Part shown: positions 27,584-35,902 of the stretch, piece after piece
Position numbering within the stretch: position 1 is the first letter of the stretch
Layout: every line of letters starts with the position of its first letter
NCBI GenBank assembly: GCA_025062275.1
Contig: JANXAP010000007.1
Coordinates: forward strand, 35,294 to 99,293
Reading direction: 5' to 3'
Source of the DNA: Dehalococcoidia bacterium
Lineage (GTDB): Bacteria; Chloroflexota; Dehalococcoidia; SM23-28-2; HRBIN24
DNA: 64,000 bases
The notes under the pieces: model-generated
Database searches by the model: none
The model's input: the letters and a program-made list of their open reading frames with translations, nothing else
Told to the model about the DNA's origin: nothing
Made by a program: the position numbers and the translations under genes

Positions 27584-27889
27584 CTAGAGAGCGAGGGCAG
27601 GCTCGCTGTCGGCCTCGCCGGCCGCGGCCTTGTCCTCGGTGGCGCCCTTCTTGCCCCAGGCCCCCACCGAGGACTCGTCGTCCCAGTAGGTGTCGGGTAT
27701 GGAGTTGCGGAACTCGCGCACCGCGCCGCAGCGGCGGCAGCGGCCCAGGCTCAGGCTGCCGCTGGGCGTCTCGATGACCCAGTGGTGGCGGCACTCCACC
27801 GTCCTGGTCTCCCGCTCCTCCACGACCGCCTCCTTCACGGCCTTCACCTCCTCAATTAGTAAACGTTGCTGGTGCGCCATCCGTTTCAC
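27584..27889 (-). CDS. Hypothetical small zinc-ribbon protein
   Basis: About 100 aa with CxH…CxxC ('ECRHHW…GRCRRCG') and an acidic C-terminus. The start is probably the ATG at 27878-27880. Confidence 0.4.
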   Translation of the reverse strand: MKRMAHQQRLLIEEVKAVKEAVVEERETRTVECRHHWVIETPSGSLSLGRCRRCGAVREFRNSIPDTYWDDESSVGAWGKKGATEDKAAAGEADSEPALAL

Positions 27890-27925
27890 CGCCGCCAGAC
27901 TTTGTTACGTCTTTCACCAGGGACG

Positions 27926-27938
27926 CCAGTATAACAGG
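27926..27938 (-). promoter_or_regulatory. Extended -10-like motif CCTGTTATACTGG, copy 2, upstream of the zinc-ribbon gene
   Basis: Identical 13-mer about 45 nt upstream of the zinc-ribbon protein start. Confidence 0.4.
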
Positions 27939-28019
27939 CGCCGTGATGCGTGTCAAGCATTCGTTGGTTTTTACAGTTTCCACTTTATCAATGCCCCCAA
28001 ACGTGCCCCCCGTGCCCCG

Positions 28020-28033
28020 CCATGTTATACTGG
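28020..28033 (+). promoter_or_regulatory. Extended -10-like motif CCATGTTATACTGG, copy 3, upstream of the SufR-like regulator
   Basis: Plus-strand copy about 100 nt upstream of the ATG at 28132. It forms an inverted repeat with copy 2, about 80 bp apart. Confidence 0.4.
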
Positions 28034-28131
28034 TCTGGGAACGCCTACCATGGCAAATGTAGGCGCCCAACGTTAAAGTTCCGTGACAGCCCCAGCCTGG
28101 GGCATCGGAGGCGGCAGCAGCAAGGGCTATC

Positions 28132-28815
28132 ATGCATCCCACCAAACGACAGATCCTCGACCACCTCAAGCGTTACGGCGACGCCACCGTCGACGACCTG
28201 GCCAGGGCCCTCGGCTTGGCCCGCATAACCGTCCGCCAGCACCTGATGGCCCTGGAGCGCGACCGCTTCGTGACCTCGCGGGAGGTCCGCCGCGGCAGCG
28301 GCCGCCCTCACCACGTCTACGCCCTCAGCCCCCTGGGCCACGACTCCTATCCCAAGCGCTACGACCGCCTGGCCCTCCTGCTGCTGGAGGAGGTGGGCCA
28401 CCTGGAGGCGGCCGACCTGGCCGGCCTCTCGGCCGAGGAGAAGCGCCGGGCCCTGCTGGCCCGCGCCCTGGAGCGGGCCGCCTCCCACTACCTGCCCCAG
28501 CTGGAGGGGCGCCCCCTGCCCCAGCGCGTCGAGGCCCTGGCCCGGCTCATGTCCCAGGAGGGCGCCCTGGCCGAGTGGCGGCGCACCGAGGAAGGCTTCG
28601 AGATCCTGGACTACAACTGCCTCTACTTCCAGGTGGCCCAGGCGCACGAGCAGGTCTGCCAGTGGCACCTGGACCTGCTGGCGCGCCTGCTGGGGCGCCC
28701 CGTCCGCTGCGACCAGTTCATGGCCCGGGGCGCCCACTGCTGTCGCTTCCTGGTGGAGGCAGGCCCCGAAGACGACTGGACAGGAGGTCTCGCTCATGGC
28801 CGAGAACAGGCCTGA
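28132..28815 (+). CDS. Winged-helix transcriptional regulator with C-terminal Cys cluster (SufR-like Fe-S sensor?)
   Basis: N-terminal wHTH ('…DATVDDLARALGLARITVRQHLMALERDRFV…') and a C-terminal C-x17-C-x13-C-x9-CC arrangement. Confidence 0.55.
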   Translation: MHPTKRQILDHLKRYGDATVDDLARALGLARITVRQHLMALERDRFVTSREVRRGSGRPHHVYALSPLGHDSYPKRYDRLALLLLEEVGHLEAADLAGLSAEEKRRALLARALERAASHYLPQLEGRPLPQRVEALARLMSQEGALAEWRRTEEGFEILDYNCLYFQVAQAHEQVCQWHLDLLARLLGRPVRCDQFMARGAHCCRFLVEAGPEDDWTGGLAHGREQA

Positions 28816-29890
28816 GGACGGCCAGCCCAGCAAGGAGGCCGTCCTGGCCGCCCTGAGCCGCATCCAGGACCCGGACCTGCACCGCGACATCGTCAGCCTC
28901 GGCTTCGTCAGGGACGAGGACGTGACCATCTGCGGCGGCAACGTCAAGGTCACCATCACCCTCACCACCCCGGCCTGCCCGGTGCGGGAGCAGATGAAGC
29001 GGCAGGCGGAGGAGCTGCTCCTCTCCCTGCCCGGCGTCACCCACGCCGAGGTGGAGATGCAGGCCGAGGTGCGGGCCACCCGCCCGCGGGGGCCGCGGCC
29101 GGTGGAGGGCGTGCGCAACATCATCGCCGTCGCCTCCAACAAGGGCGGCGTCGGCAAGTCCACCATCGCCGTCAACCTGGCCCTGGCCCTGCGCCGCTTC
29201 GGCGCCCGCGTGGGTCTGCTGGACGCCGACCTCACCGGCCCCAACGTCCCCACCATGCTGGGCCTGCCGGCCGGCTTCCAGGCCGACCGCGGCCTCTCCA
29301 TCGTCGAGCGCTACGGCCTGAAGGTGGTGTCCCTGGGCTTCCTGCTGAAGCCCGGCACCGCCGTCATCTGGCGCGGCCCCATGATCGGCACCGGCGTGCG
29401 CCAGCTACTGCACGACATCCCCTGGGGCGAGGACGGCGAGCTGGACTACCTGGTGGTGGACCTGCCCCCCGGCACCAGCGACGCCTCCATGAGCCTGGCC
29501 CAGGAGGCCCCCGTCACCGGCGTGGTCATCGTCACCGCCCCCAACGCCGTCTCGGTGGAGGACTCCCTCAAGGCCGTGAGCATGTTCGAGCGGCTGAGCG
29601 TCCCCGTGCTGGGCGTGGTGGAGAACATGAGCTACTTCGTCTGCCCCCACTGCGGCCAGAGGGCCGACATCTTCGGCCACGGCCTGGTGCGGGAGGTGGC
29701 CGCCCGCCTGGGGCTGGAGTTCCTGGGGGAAATCCCCCTGGACCCGGCCCTGCGGGAGGCGGCCGACCGCGGCCTGCCGGCGGTGGAGGCGGCGCCCGAC
29801 TCCCCGGTGGCCCAGGCCATCATGGCCATCGCCCAGCGGGTGGCCGCCAAGGCCAGCGTCCAGCACTTCGCCCTCCAGAGCAGCGGCTGA
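28796..29890 (+). CDS. apbC: Mrp/ApbC/NBP35-family Fe-S cluster carrier ATPase with N-terminal MIP18/DUF59 domain
   Basis: 'ASNKGGVGKSTIAVNLA' deviant Walker A and CxxC 'CPHCG'. Overlaps the regulator gene by 20 nt. Confidence 0.85.
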   Translation: MAENRPEDGQPSKEAVLAALSRIQDPDLHRDIVSLGFVRDEDVTICGGNVKVTITLTTPACPVREQMKRQAEELLLSLPGVTHAEVEMQAEVRATRPRGPRPVEGVRNIIAVASNKGGVGKSTIAVNLALALRRFGARVGLLDADLTGPNVPTMLGLPAGFQADRGLSIVERYGLKVVSLGFLLKPGTAVIWRGPMIGTGVRQLLHDIPWGEDGELDYLVVDLPPGTSDASMSLAQEAPVTGVVIVTAPNAVSVEDSLKAVSMFERLSVPVLGVVENMSYFVCPHCGQRADIFGHGLVREVAARLGLEFLGEIPLDPALREAADRGLPAVEAAPDSPVAQAIMAIAQRVAAKASVQHFALQSSG

Positions 29891-29937
29891 CCCCCACGGC
29901 CAGCCACCGCCAGCCGCAGGAAGCGCAATAAAGAGGA

Positions 29938-29963
29938 GGGGCCCGGGCGCTACCCCGGGCCCC
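29938..29963. terminator. Bidirectional terminator hairpin between convergent genes
   Basis: GGGGCCCGGG-cgctac-CCCGGGCCCC, a 10-bp perfect stem. Confidence 0.5.
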
Positions 29964-29985
29964 TCCCTATGCGCCGGCTGGCGGA

Positions 29986-32376
29986 CTACTGGACCTGCAG
30001 CGCCACACCCACCGGCGGGAACGGCGGGAACACCTGCGCCACGCTGATGTAGGTGTCACCGCCGGTAGCCCAGCTCTGCACGCAGGACGAGCCAGGAGCC
30101 ACCGACGAGCACGTGGCCACCAGCGTCCCGCCGAACCCCTGCACGCCACGGTAGAACTCGAAGTTCGAGTTCTTGCCAGGCGTGCTCACCAGGTTCTGGC
30201 CCCAGGCGAAGGTGGTGCCCAGGTAGTTGAAGGTGCCCGCCACGAAGTTCCAGTCGTTGGGCCCGAAGGGCACCCGCCTGGCCAGCGACCCCACGAACAC
30301 CAGCGACGAGCAGCCAGCCGAGTTGCAGGCCGCCAGCCGGATGTAGACCGCCTGCTGGTCGGCCGTCGGCAGCGGCACCAGGATGATGTTCCCCGATGCC
30401 GTCACGTCGCTGCAGGTCTCGCCGGTGAAGTTGAAGTTGCTGGCGGTGCACAGCCGGTAGCTGGTGGCACCGGCAGGCGCCTGGAAGGTGATCTGGGCCT
30501 GGCTGGTGGTGGCGGGCCAAAGGGCCACCTGGGTTGGCGGCGCAGGAGGCACGCCGGGGGCGCCCGCCGCCTGCACCGTGATGTTCAGCGACCGCGACGG
30601 GTCGTTGGCGTCGGGGAACACCGGCGGGTTCTCGTTCAGGCCGTTGTCGTTGTCGCACACGACCCTCACCAGGAGGCTGCCCTGGCTAGCCGCCACCACG
30701 GTGTTGGTGCTGTTGCCGCCGCTGGTGGGCACAACTCCAGGCGTCAGCAACCCGCCAGCGTTTCCGAAGGACGACCAGAGGCACAGCACGCCGTCGGCCA
30801 CCGGGTTGCCATCGGAGTCGCTGACAGCGGCCGTGAGGGTCTGGCTGTCGCCCACGTTCATGGTAGCGTTGCCCGTGAGGGCCACGCTGGCCGGAGCGCC
30901 CACCACCTTCACCGTCACCGTGCCGCTGGGCTCGCCGGCGTCGAAGTCGTTGCCGCCGTCGGTGTCGGCCCAGCAGGTCACCGCCACGTCGCCGCGGCCG
31001 CCGTTGTCCTGGCTCTCCAGGACGAACACGGCCACTCCGTTGTTGGTCGGAGCAAACGCCAGGTCGCCTCCGTCGCCGGTGCGGTCGGTGTCGAGCAGCG
31101 TGTCGTTGGCCTCGCCGTCGTCAGTGAAGTTGGGCGGCGCGCCGCCGGCCGCCGCAATGTTGGCCAGCCCACGCCCGCCGGTGGCCAGGAAGCAGAACAC
31201 GTTGACTTGGGTGACGATCGGGTTGCCGGCCGAGTCGGTGACCCGCACCGAAAGCAGGGAGTCGGGGTCGCCGACGAAGGTCATGGTGGTGTTAGTCTGG
31301 GTGGGGCCGGCGGAGTTGATGTCCTGGGCCAGCCGCGCCTCCCGCGAGGTCACGGTCACCGACGCGGGCTGCCCGAACCAGATGATGCGCACCGTGTCGG
31401 AGCCGAGGCCCGACACTGCGGCCGTGATGGTGGCGTCCGTCGGCGTCAGCGACAGCACCTCGAAGATGGCGATGCCGTCGGGGTTGTCAAAGCCGGTACC
31501 CGTGATCGTGGTCGGGGCGGACGGCGCCGTGATTAGCTGGACGTCGTCGAGGTCGTCGTTGACGTCGATGACGGTGTCGCGGTTGACGTCCACGCGGCCA
31601 TTAATGATGTCCACCACCACGATACCAGACGTGGTGACGAGCACCACGCCCGTCAGGTCGTCTGCAGCGTCGGCGAGCCCGGACCGGTTGACGTCCACGC
31701 CACCGTCGATGATGTCGACCTGAGCCACCGCTCCGGCGGTGGTGAGCAGTCGGACACCGTTCAGGTCGTCGGTGTTACCGACGCCTCCGGACTGGTTGAC
31801 GTCCACGCCACCGTCGATGATGTCCGCTTGGGTCTGTGTAGACGCATTGTCGCTGACCGCCTGGGCGGTCACGGACTGGGAGTCCAGCCCGTCAAAAAGG
31901 CCCCCATCCCCGGTGCCATTGTCCGTGCCGTCCCCGTTAGTGTCGAGGTTTCCGTTCTGCCCCACCCGGCTCCAGCGGGTGAAGAAGGCGGAGCCGGTGG
32001 CCGTCAGGGACACGTTCACCGGAGCGGCGGCGGTGGAGTTGGGGTCGCCGCTCAGGTCCCGCACGTGCACGGCCAGACGCACGGTGGTGCCAGCCGGCAC
32101 CGAGATGGCGTCGTGCACCGTGTCCCCGTTGGTGTCCAGGTTCAAGAAGTGGCTGGGAGCAGCATCGCCTCCCGAAGCCGCCGGCCACAGGTGGTGCCCG
32201 GCGAAGGCCGAGGTCGCCGTGTCGATGATCTCGACGCCGGCGCCGGTGGGCGGCGGGTGCGCCTCGGCCCCCTGGGGCCCGGCCAGGAACACCAGCGCCG
32301 CCAGCGCCCCCAGGGCGCCCAGCGCCCACAGGGCCAGCGCCGCCGGTCCCTTGCCTTTCCTTACGCCTGCTTTCAT
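29986..32376 (-). CDS. Large secreted cell-surface protein with Ca-binding-like tandem repeats and an FN3-like C-terminal domain
   Basis: Signal peptide, Asp/Gly/Asn/Thr-rich sequence, three to four roughly 30-aa repeats 'VDIIDGGVDVNxSG…DDLxGV', and a C-terminal 'PPAPPTQVALWPA…YRLCTA' FN3-like segment. Confidence 0.7.
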   Translation of the reverse strand: MKAGVRKGKGPAALALWALGALGALAALVFLAGPQGAEAHPPPTGAGVEIIDTATSAFAGHHLWPAASGGDAAPSHFLNLDTNGDTVHDAISVPAGTTVRLAVHVRDLSGDPNSTAAAPVNVSLTATGSAFFTRWSRVGQNGNLDTNGDGTDNGTGDGGLFDGLDSQSVTAQAVSDNASTQTQADIIDGGVDVNQSGGVGNTDDLNGVRLLTTAGAVAQVDIIDGGVDVNRSGLADAADDLTGVVLVTTSGIVVVDIINGRVDVNRDTVIDVNDDLDDVQLITAPSAPTTITGTGFDNPDGIAIFEVLSLTPTDATITAAVSGLGSDTVRIIWFGQPASVTVTSREARLAQDINSAGPTQTNTTMTFVGDPDSLLSVRVTDSAGNPIVTQVNVFCFLATGGRGLANIAAAGGAPPNFTDDGEANDTLLDTDRTGDGGDLAFAPTNNGVAVFVLESQDNGGRGDVAVTCWADTDGGNDFDAGEPSGTVTVKVVGAPASVALTGNATMNVGDSQTLTAAVSDSDGNPVADGVLCLWSSFGNAGGLLTPGVVPTSGGNSTNTVVAASQGSLLVRVVCDNDNGLNENPPVFPDANDPSRSLNITVQAAGAPGVPPAPPTQVALWPATTSQAQITFQAPAGATSYRLCTASNFNFTGETCSDVTASGNIILVPLPTADQQAVYIRLAACNSAGCSSLVFVGSLARRVPFGPNDWNFVAGTFNYLGTTFAWGQNLVSTPGKNSNFEFYRGVQGFGGTLVATCSSVAPGSSCVQSWATGGDTYISVAQVFPPFPPVGVALQVQ

Positions 32377-32486
32377 TCCTTACCTCCTGTCCTCGCTGTG
32401 ATAGCTCGGACTCGTGGCGGGGCGCCCACGGCGCCCCTCGCTTCCTGCCGCAACACCTCTCTCCTTACCCTCCTGCTCTCACCTCC

Positions 32487-32700
32487 TTTTTTCGACGTCC
32501 ACGGGGCCTCCGGGCCTCGGGCCACCCGCCCAGGTGGGCCTCGCCCATCCCTCGCCCCGTTTTTTCGACGTCCACGGGGCGCTACGGCCTTCGGCCCGTC
32601 GGTCCGGGTGGGCCTCGTCGGTCCCTAGCCCCGCGTTCCGTTCTTTTCTAACGTCGGCGGCGGGGCCGGAGTTACGGCCCGGCCCTCAAAAAGCGCCGGG
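32487..32700. repeat. About 2.5 tandem copies of a ~73-bp degenerate repeat in the long upstream region of the surface-protein gene
   Basis: 'tttttcgacgtccacgggg' starts units at 32487 and 32560, with a diverged third unit near 32634 ('ttcttttctaacgtcggcggcgggg'). Confidence 0.5.
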
Positions 32701-32842
32701 GCGCTGCGGTCGCGCCTCCCTCCACGGGCCGCCACCCAACGCCCCGCGCCGCCAGGACCGCCCGCGGGGCCGCGGGGCCCCGCAGCGGCGCTCAGAAGGG
32801 ATACTAGCCTCTCGTCACCGTGGCTGTCAAGGAGCGGCGGCC

Positions 32843-34312
32843 CTAGCGGGAGGCGGCCCCGGAAGGGGCCTGGGCCATGAGCTGGCGCAGGTAGCGGTCG
32901 ATGGCCTGGGCGGCGCGGCGGCCGTCGGCCAGGGCCGTCACCACCAGGTCGGCCCCGTTGACGTTGTCGCCCCCGGCGAAGACGCCGGGGCGGGAGGTCT
33001 GGTAGGTCTCCCTGTCCACCCTGATGAGGTGCTTGCCGAAGGCGCGCAGGCCGGGGGTGGCGCGGATGATGGCCTCGTCGCCCTCGTAGCCGATGGCGAT
33101 GACGGCGGTATCGGCGGGGAGGGTGAACTCGGAGCCCGGCACGGGCACGGGGCTGCGGCGGCCCGATTCGTCGGGCGGCCCCAGCTCCATGCGCCGCAGC
33201 TCCACCGCCCTGAGCCTGCCGTTCTCGCCCAGGAAGCGCACCGGGGCGGTGAGGAACATGAACTGGACGCCCTCCTCGCGGGCGTGGCGCCGCTCCTCCT
33301 CGCGGCCCATCATCTCGGCCTCGGTGCGGCGGTAGACCAGGGTCACCCGCTCGGCCCCCAGGCGGACGGCGGTGCGGACGCAGTCCATGGAGGTGTCGCC
33401 GCCGCCGATGACCACCACGTGGCGGCCTATGTCCAGCGGCTCCCGCATGCGGGGGGGCAGGTCCTCGGGGGGCAGGTTGCCCCGCACCAGGAACTCGGTG
33501 GCCTGGAAGACGCCCCGCAGGTCCTCGCCGGGGATGCGCAGGCGGCCTCCCACCGAGGCCCCGTGGCCCAGGAAGACGGCGTGGAAGCCGGCGGCGAAGA
33601 GGTCGTCCACCGTCAGGTCGCGGCCGATGACGGTGTTGCAGACGAAGGCGACGCCCAGCTCCTCCAGGTAGGCCAGGTACTCCTGCAGCAGCTCCTTGCG
33701 CATCTTGAAGCTGGGGATGCCGTAGCGGAGGACGCCGCCGGGCTTGGGCCACGACTCGTAGACGGTGACGGAGTGGCCGCGCTTGGTCAGCTCCTCGGCC
33801 ACGGCCAGCCCGGCGGGGCCGGAGCCGACGACGGCCACGGCCATGCCGGTGGGGGGCGCCTTCTCGGCCGGGCGGGGCCAGCCGCCCAGAAGGCGGCGCT
33901 GGTAGTCGGCCACGAAGGCCTCCAGCTTGCCGATCTGGACGGGCGGCTGGGGGCCCAGGGCGCCGGGGCGGATGGCGAAGCCCACCACGCAGGCGCCCTC
34001 GCACAGGGACTCCTGCGGGCAGAGGCGGCCGCACATCTCGGGGAGGTTGGAGGTCTGGCGGAAGACGCTGGCCGCGCCGATGACGTCGCCCTGCTCCAGC
34101 AGGTAGAGGGCCTGGGGGATGTTGTTGCCCAGGGGGCAGGCCTGCTGGCAGGGGGCGTCCGGGCAGTGGATGCAGCGCTCCGCCTCCAGCCGCGCCGTCT
34201 CCAGGTCGAAGCCCAGGAAGACCTCGTCCCAGTTGCGCACGCGGACCGCCGGGTCCTGCTTGCGCACCGGCTGGGCCGGTATCGCCAGCCGACGGTGGTT
34301 ATCGCACGGCAT
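32843..34312 (-). CDS. GltD-family (glutamate synthase small-subunit-like) FAD/NAD(P)H oxidoreductase with Fe-S motifs
   Basis: N-terminal Cys clusters ('CIHCPDAPCQQACP', 'CGRLCPQESLCEGAC') and two dinucleotide-binding motifs ('VAVVGSGPAG', 'VVVIGGGDTSMD'). No adjacent large subunit. Confidence 0.8.
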   Translation of the reverse strand: MPCDNHRRLAIPAQPVRKQDPAVRVRNWDEVFLGFDLETARLEAERCIHCPDAPCQQACPLGNNIPQALYLLEQGDVIGAASVFRQTSNLPEMCGRLCPQESLCEGACVVGFAIRPGALGPQPPVQIGKLEAFVADYQRRLLGGWPRPAEKAPPTGMAVAVVGSGPAGLAVAEELTKRGHSVTVYESWPKPGGVLRYGIPSFKMRKELLQEYLAYLEELGVAFVCNTVIGRDLTVDDLFAAGFHAVFLGHGASVGGRLRIPGEDLRGVFQATEFLVRGNLPPEDLPPRMREPLDIGRHVVVIGGGDTSMDCVRTAVRLGAERVTLVYRRTEAEMMGREEERRHAREEGVQFMFLTAPVRFLGENGRLRAVELRRMELGPPDESGRRSPVPVPGSEFTLPADTAVIAIGYEGDEAIIRATPGLRAFGKHLIRVDRETYQTSRPGVFAGGDNVNGADLVVTALADGRRAAQAIDRYLRQLMAQAPSGAASR

Positions 34313-34472
34313 GGGGCCTCCTCGAGCGCTGTGACAGCCATTTTAACAGGGGGCATCGGCGGCGGCAAAGGGCCTCTATGGGCGGGAGGCGTCCGTAACG
34401 TGTCAGCAAATGGCTTGACGGCGGAGTGGGCACCGCCTAATATCCCCCCGAAATCGGAGCCTGACCGGGGGA

Positions 34473-35827
34473 GGAAGGACATGCGCAGGAGAGCGCTGGC
34501 GCTGTCCCTGCTGTTGGCCGTGCTGGCGGCGGCCCTGGCCTGGGCCGGGGCGGCGGCGCCCGCGGCCCGAACGGAGGAGAGGCCCTTCGAGGTGTGGGCC
34601 ATCGACCAGTCCGACACCCACCCTCAGGGCGGGGGCCTGCTATACATCTGGCAGGGGGCGGAGATGGTGCGCAATCCCAGCGCCGCCGTGCCGGAGGTCA
34701 TCGACCTGGCGCAGGCGGCCCTGGCCGCCGGCTGTCCGGTGGGGAAGCGGCCCCACATGGGGCTGGCCATCGAGATGCCGCGCCCCACCCACTTCGTGCT
34801 GGCCAACTTCGAGTCGGGGGACGTCTTCTTCGTCCACATCGACAGCCGGCAGGTGGTGGGCTGCGTGAACCTGGTGGGCAAGGGAGGGGTGGGGAGCGTG
34901 CGGACCCACGCCGCCATGCCGACGCCGGACCTGAGCATGGTCATCGTGGCCGACCTAGGGAGGCCGCTGCCGGCCTCCAACCGGGGCGCCATCCACAAGA
35001 TCCGCACCGACTACGCCAACGACGACTACCAGTATGTGGAGACGCTGGACCTGGGGGCGGCCCTGCCCCAGCTGGGCACCACCCAGGCGCGGGCGGTGTG
35101 CGTCAACTTCACCCCCGACAGCCGCTTCGCCTACGTGACCATGCAGCAGGGGGGCGTGGTGGTGGTGGACCTGGGCACGGCCGACGGCAGCGTGCCCATG
35201 AGCATCGTCCACGTCTACCCGGCGTCGGTGGTGCCGGCCGAGGGGTGCGGCGCCGTGCCGCTGCCGCCGGACTTCCGGCGCATGGTCATCAACAGCGAGT
35301 CGCGGGGGCAGGCGGGGCTGCCCGACCGGCTGTACATCTTCGACACCAGTGGGGCAGCGGAGGGGGTGTTCCCCGACCCGGTGGTCATCGACCTGCCGGG
35401 GGTGGACACCCACGGCACCTTCTACTGCATCGACCACCGCGGCAAGCTCTACGTGTGGACGGTAATGCGCATGAGCAACCACGTGAACGTGGTGGACGTG
35501 GAGGGGGCGCGGGTGGTGAAGACCCTGAAGCTGGAGCGCCCCTTCCTTCCCGACCCGGCGCCGGACGGTCTGGAGCTGCACGGGGGCCACGCCTTCGTGA
35601 CCCTGCGAGGCCCCAAGCCCCTGAGCGCCATGACCGCCTCGGTGAACCCGGAGCGGACGCCGGGGGTGCTGGTGATGAAGGTGCACCGCAGCTGCCTGAC
35701 CTTCGACTTCGACGTGAAGGACAGGGCGCCCATGGTGGACGGGCGGACCACCACCATCCTCTTCGACGGCCGGGAGGTGGTGGTGCCGGCCTCGGACCCC
35801 CACGGCATGGACGTCATCGTGCGCTGA
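34473..35827 (+). CDS. Secreted beta-propeller-like protein (hypothetical)
   Basis: GGGAGGAAGG SD and an ATG at 34473. Signal peptide 'MRRRALALSLLLAVLAAALAWAGAAAP' and repeated beta-strand-rich segments. The long N-terminal ORF-track extension is spurious. Confidence 0.55.
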
Positions 35828-35842
35828 GGGGGGCCGAAAGGT

Positions 35843-35870
35843 CTGGGCGGGGGCTTCGGCCCCCGCCCAG
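35843..35870. terminator. Bidirectional terminator with TTCG tetraloop
   Basis: CTGGGCGGGGGC-TTCG-GCCCCCGCCCAG, a 12-bp perfect stem between convergent genes. Confidence 0.6.
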
Positions 35871-35902
35871 CGACTCGGGGGTGAGTCGGCGGGATCGGCC
35901 AC

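Noticed and set aside
32414-34472. N-terminal 2-kb extension of the 1137-aa plus-strand ORF in front of the beta-propeller gene
   Set aside because: It is antisense to the well-supported gltD-like gene and low-complexity. A strong SD plus ATG with a signal peptide at 34473 marks the real start.
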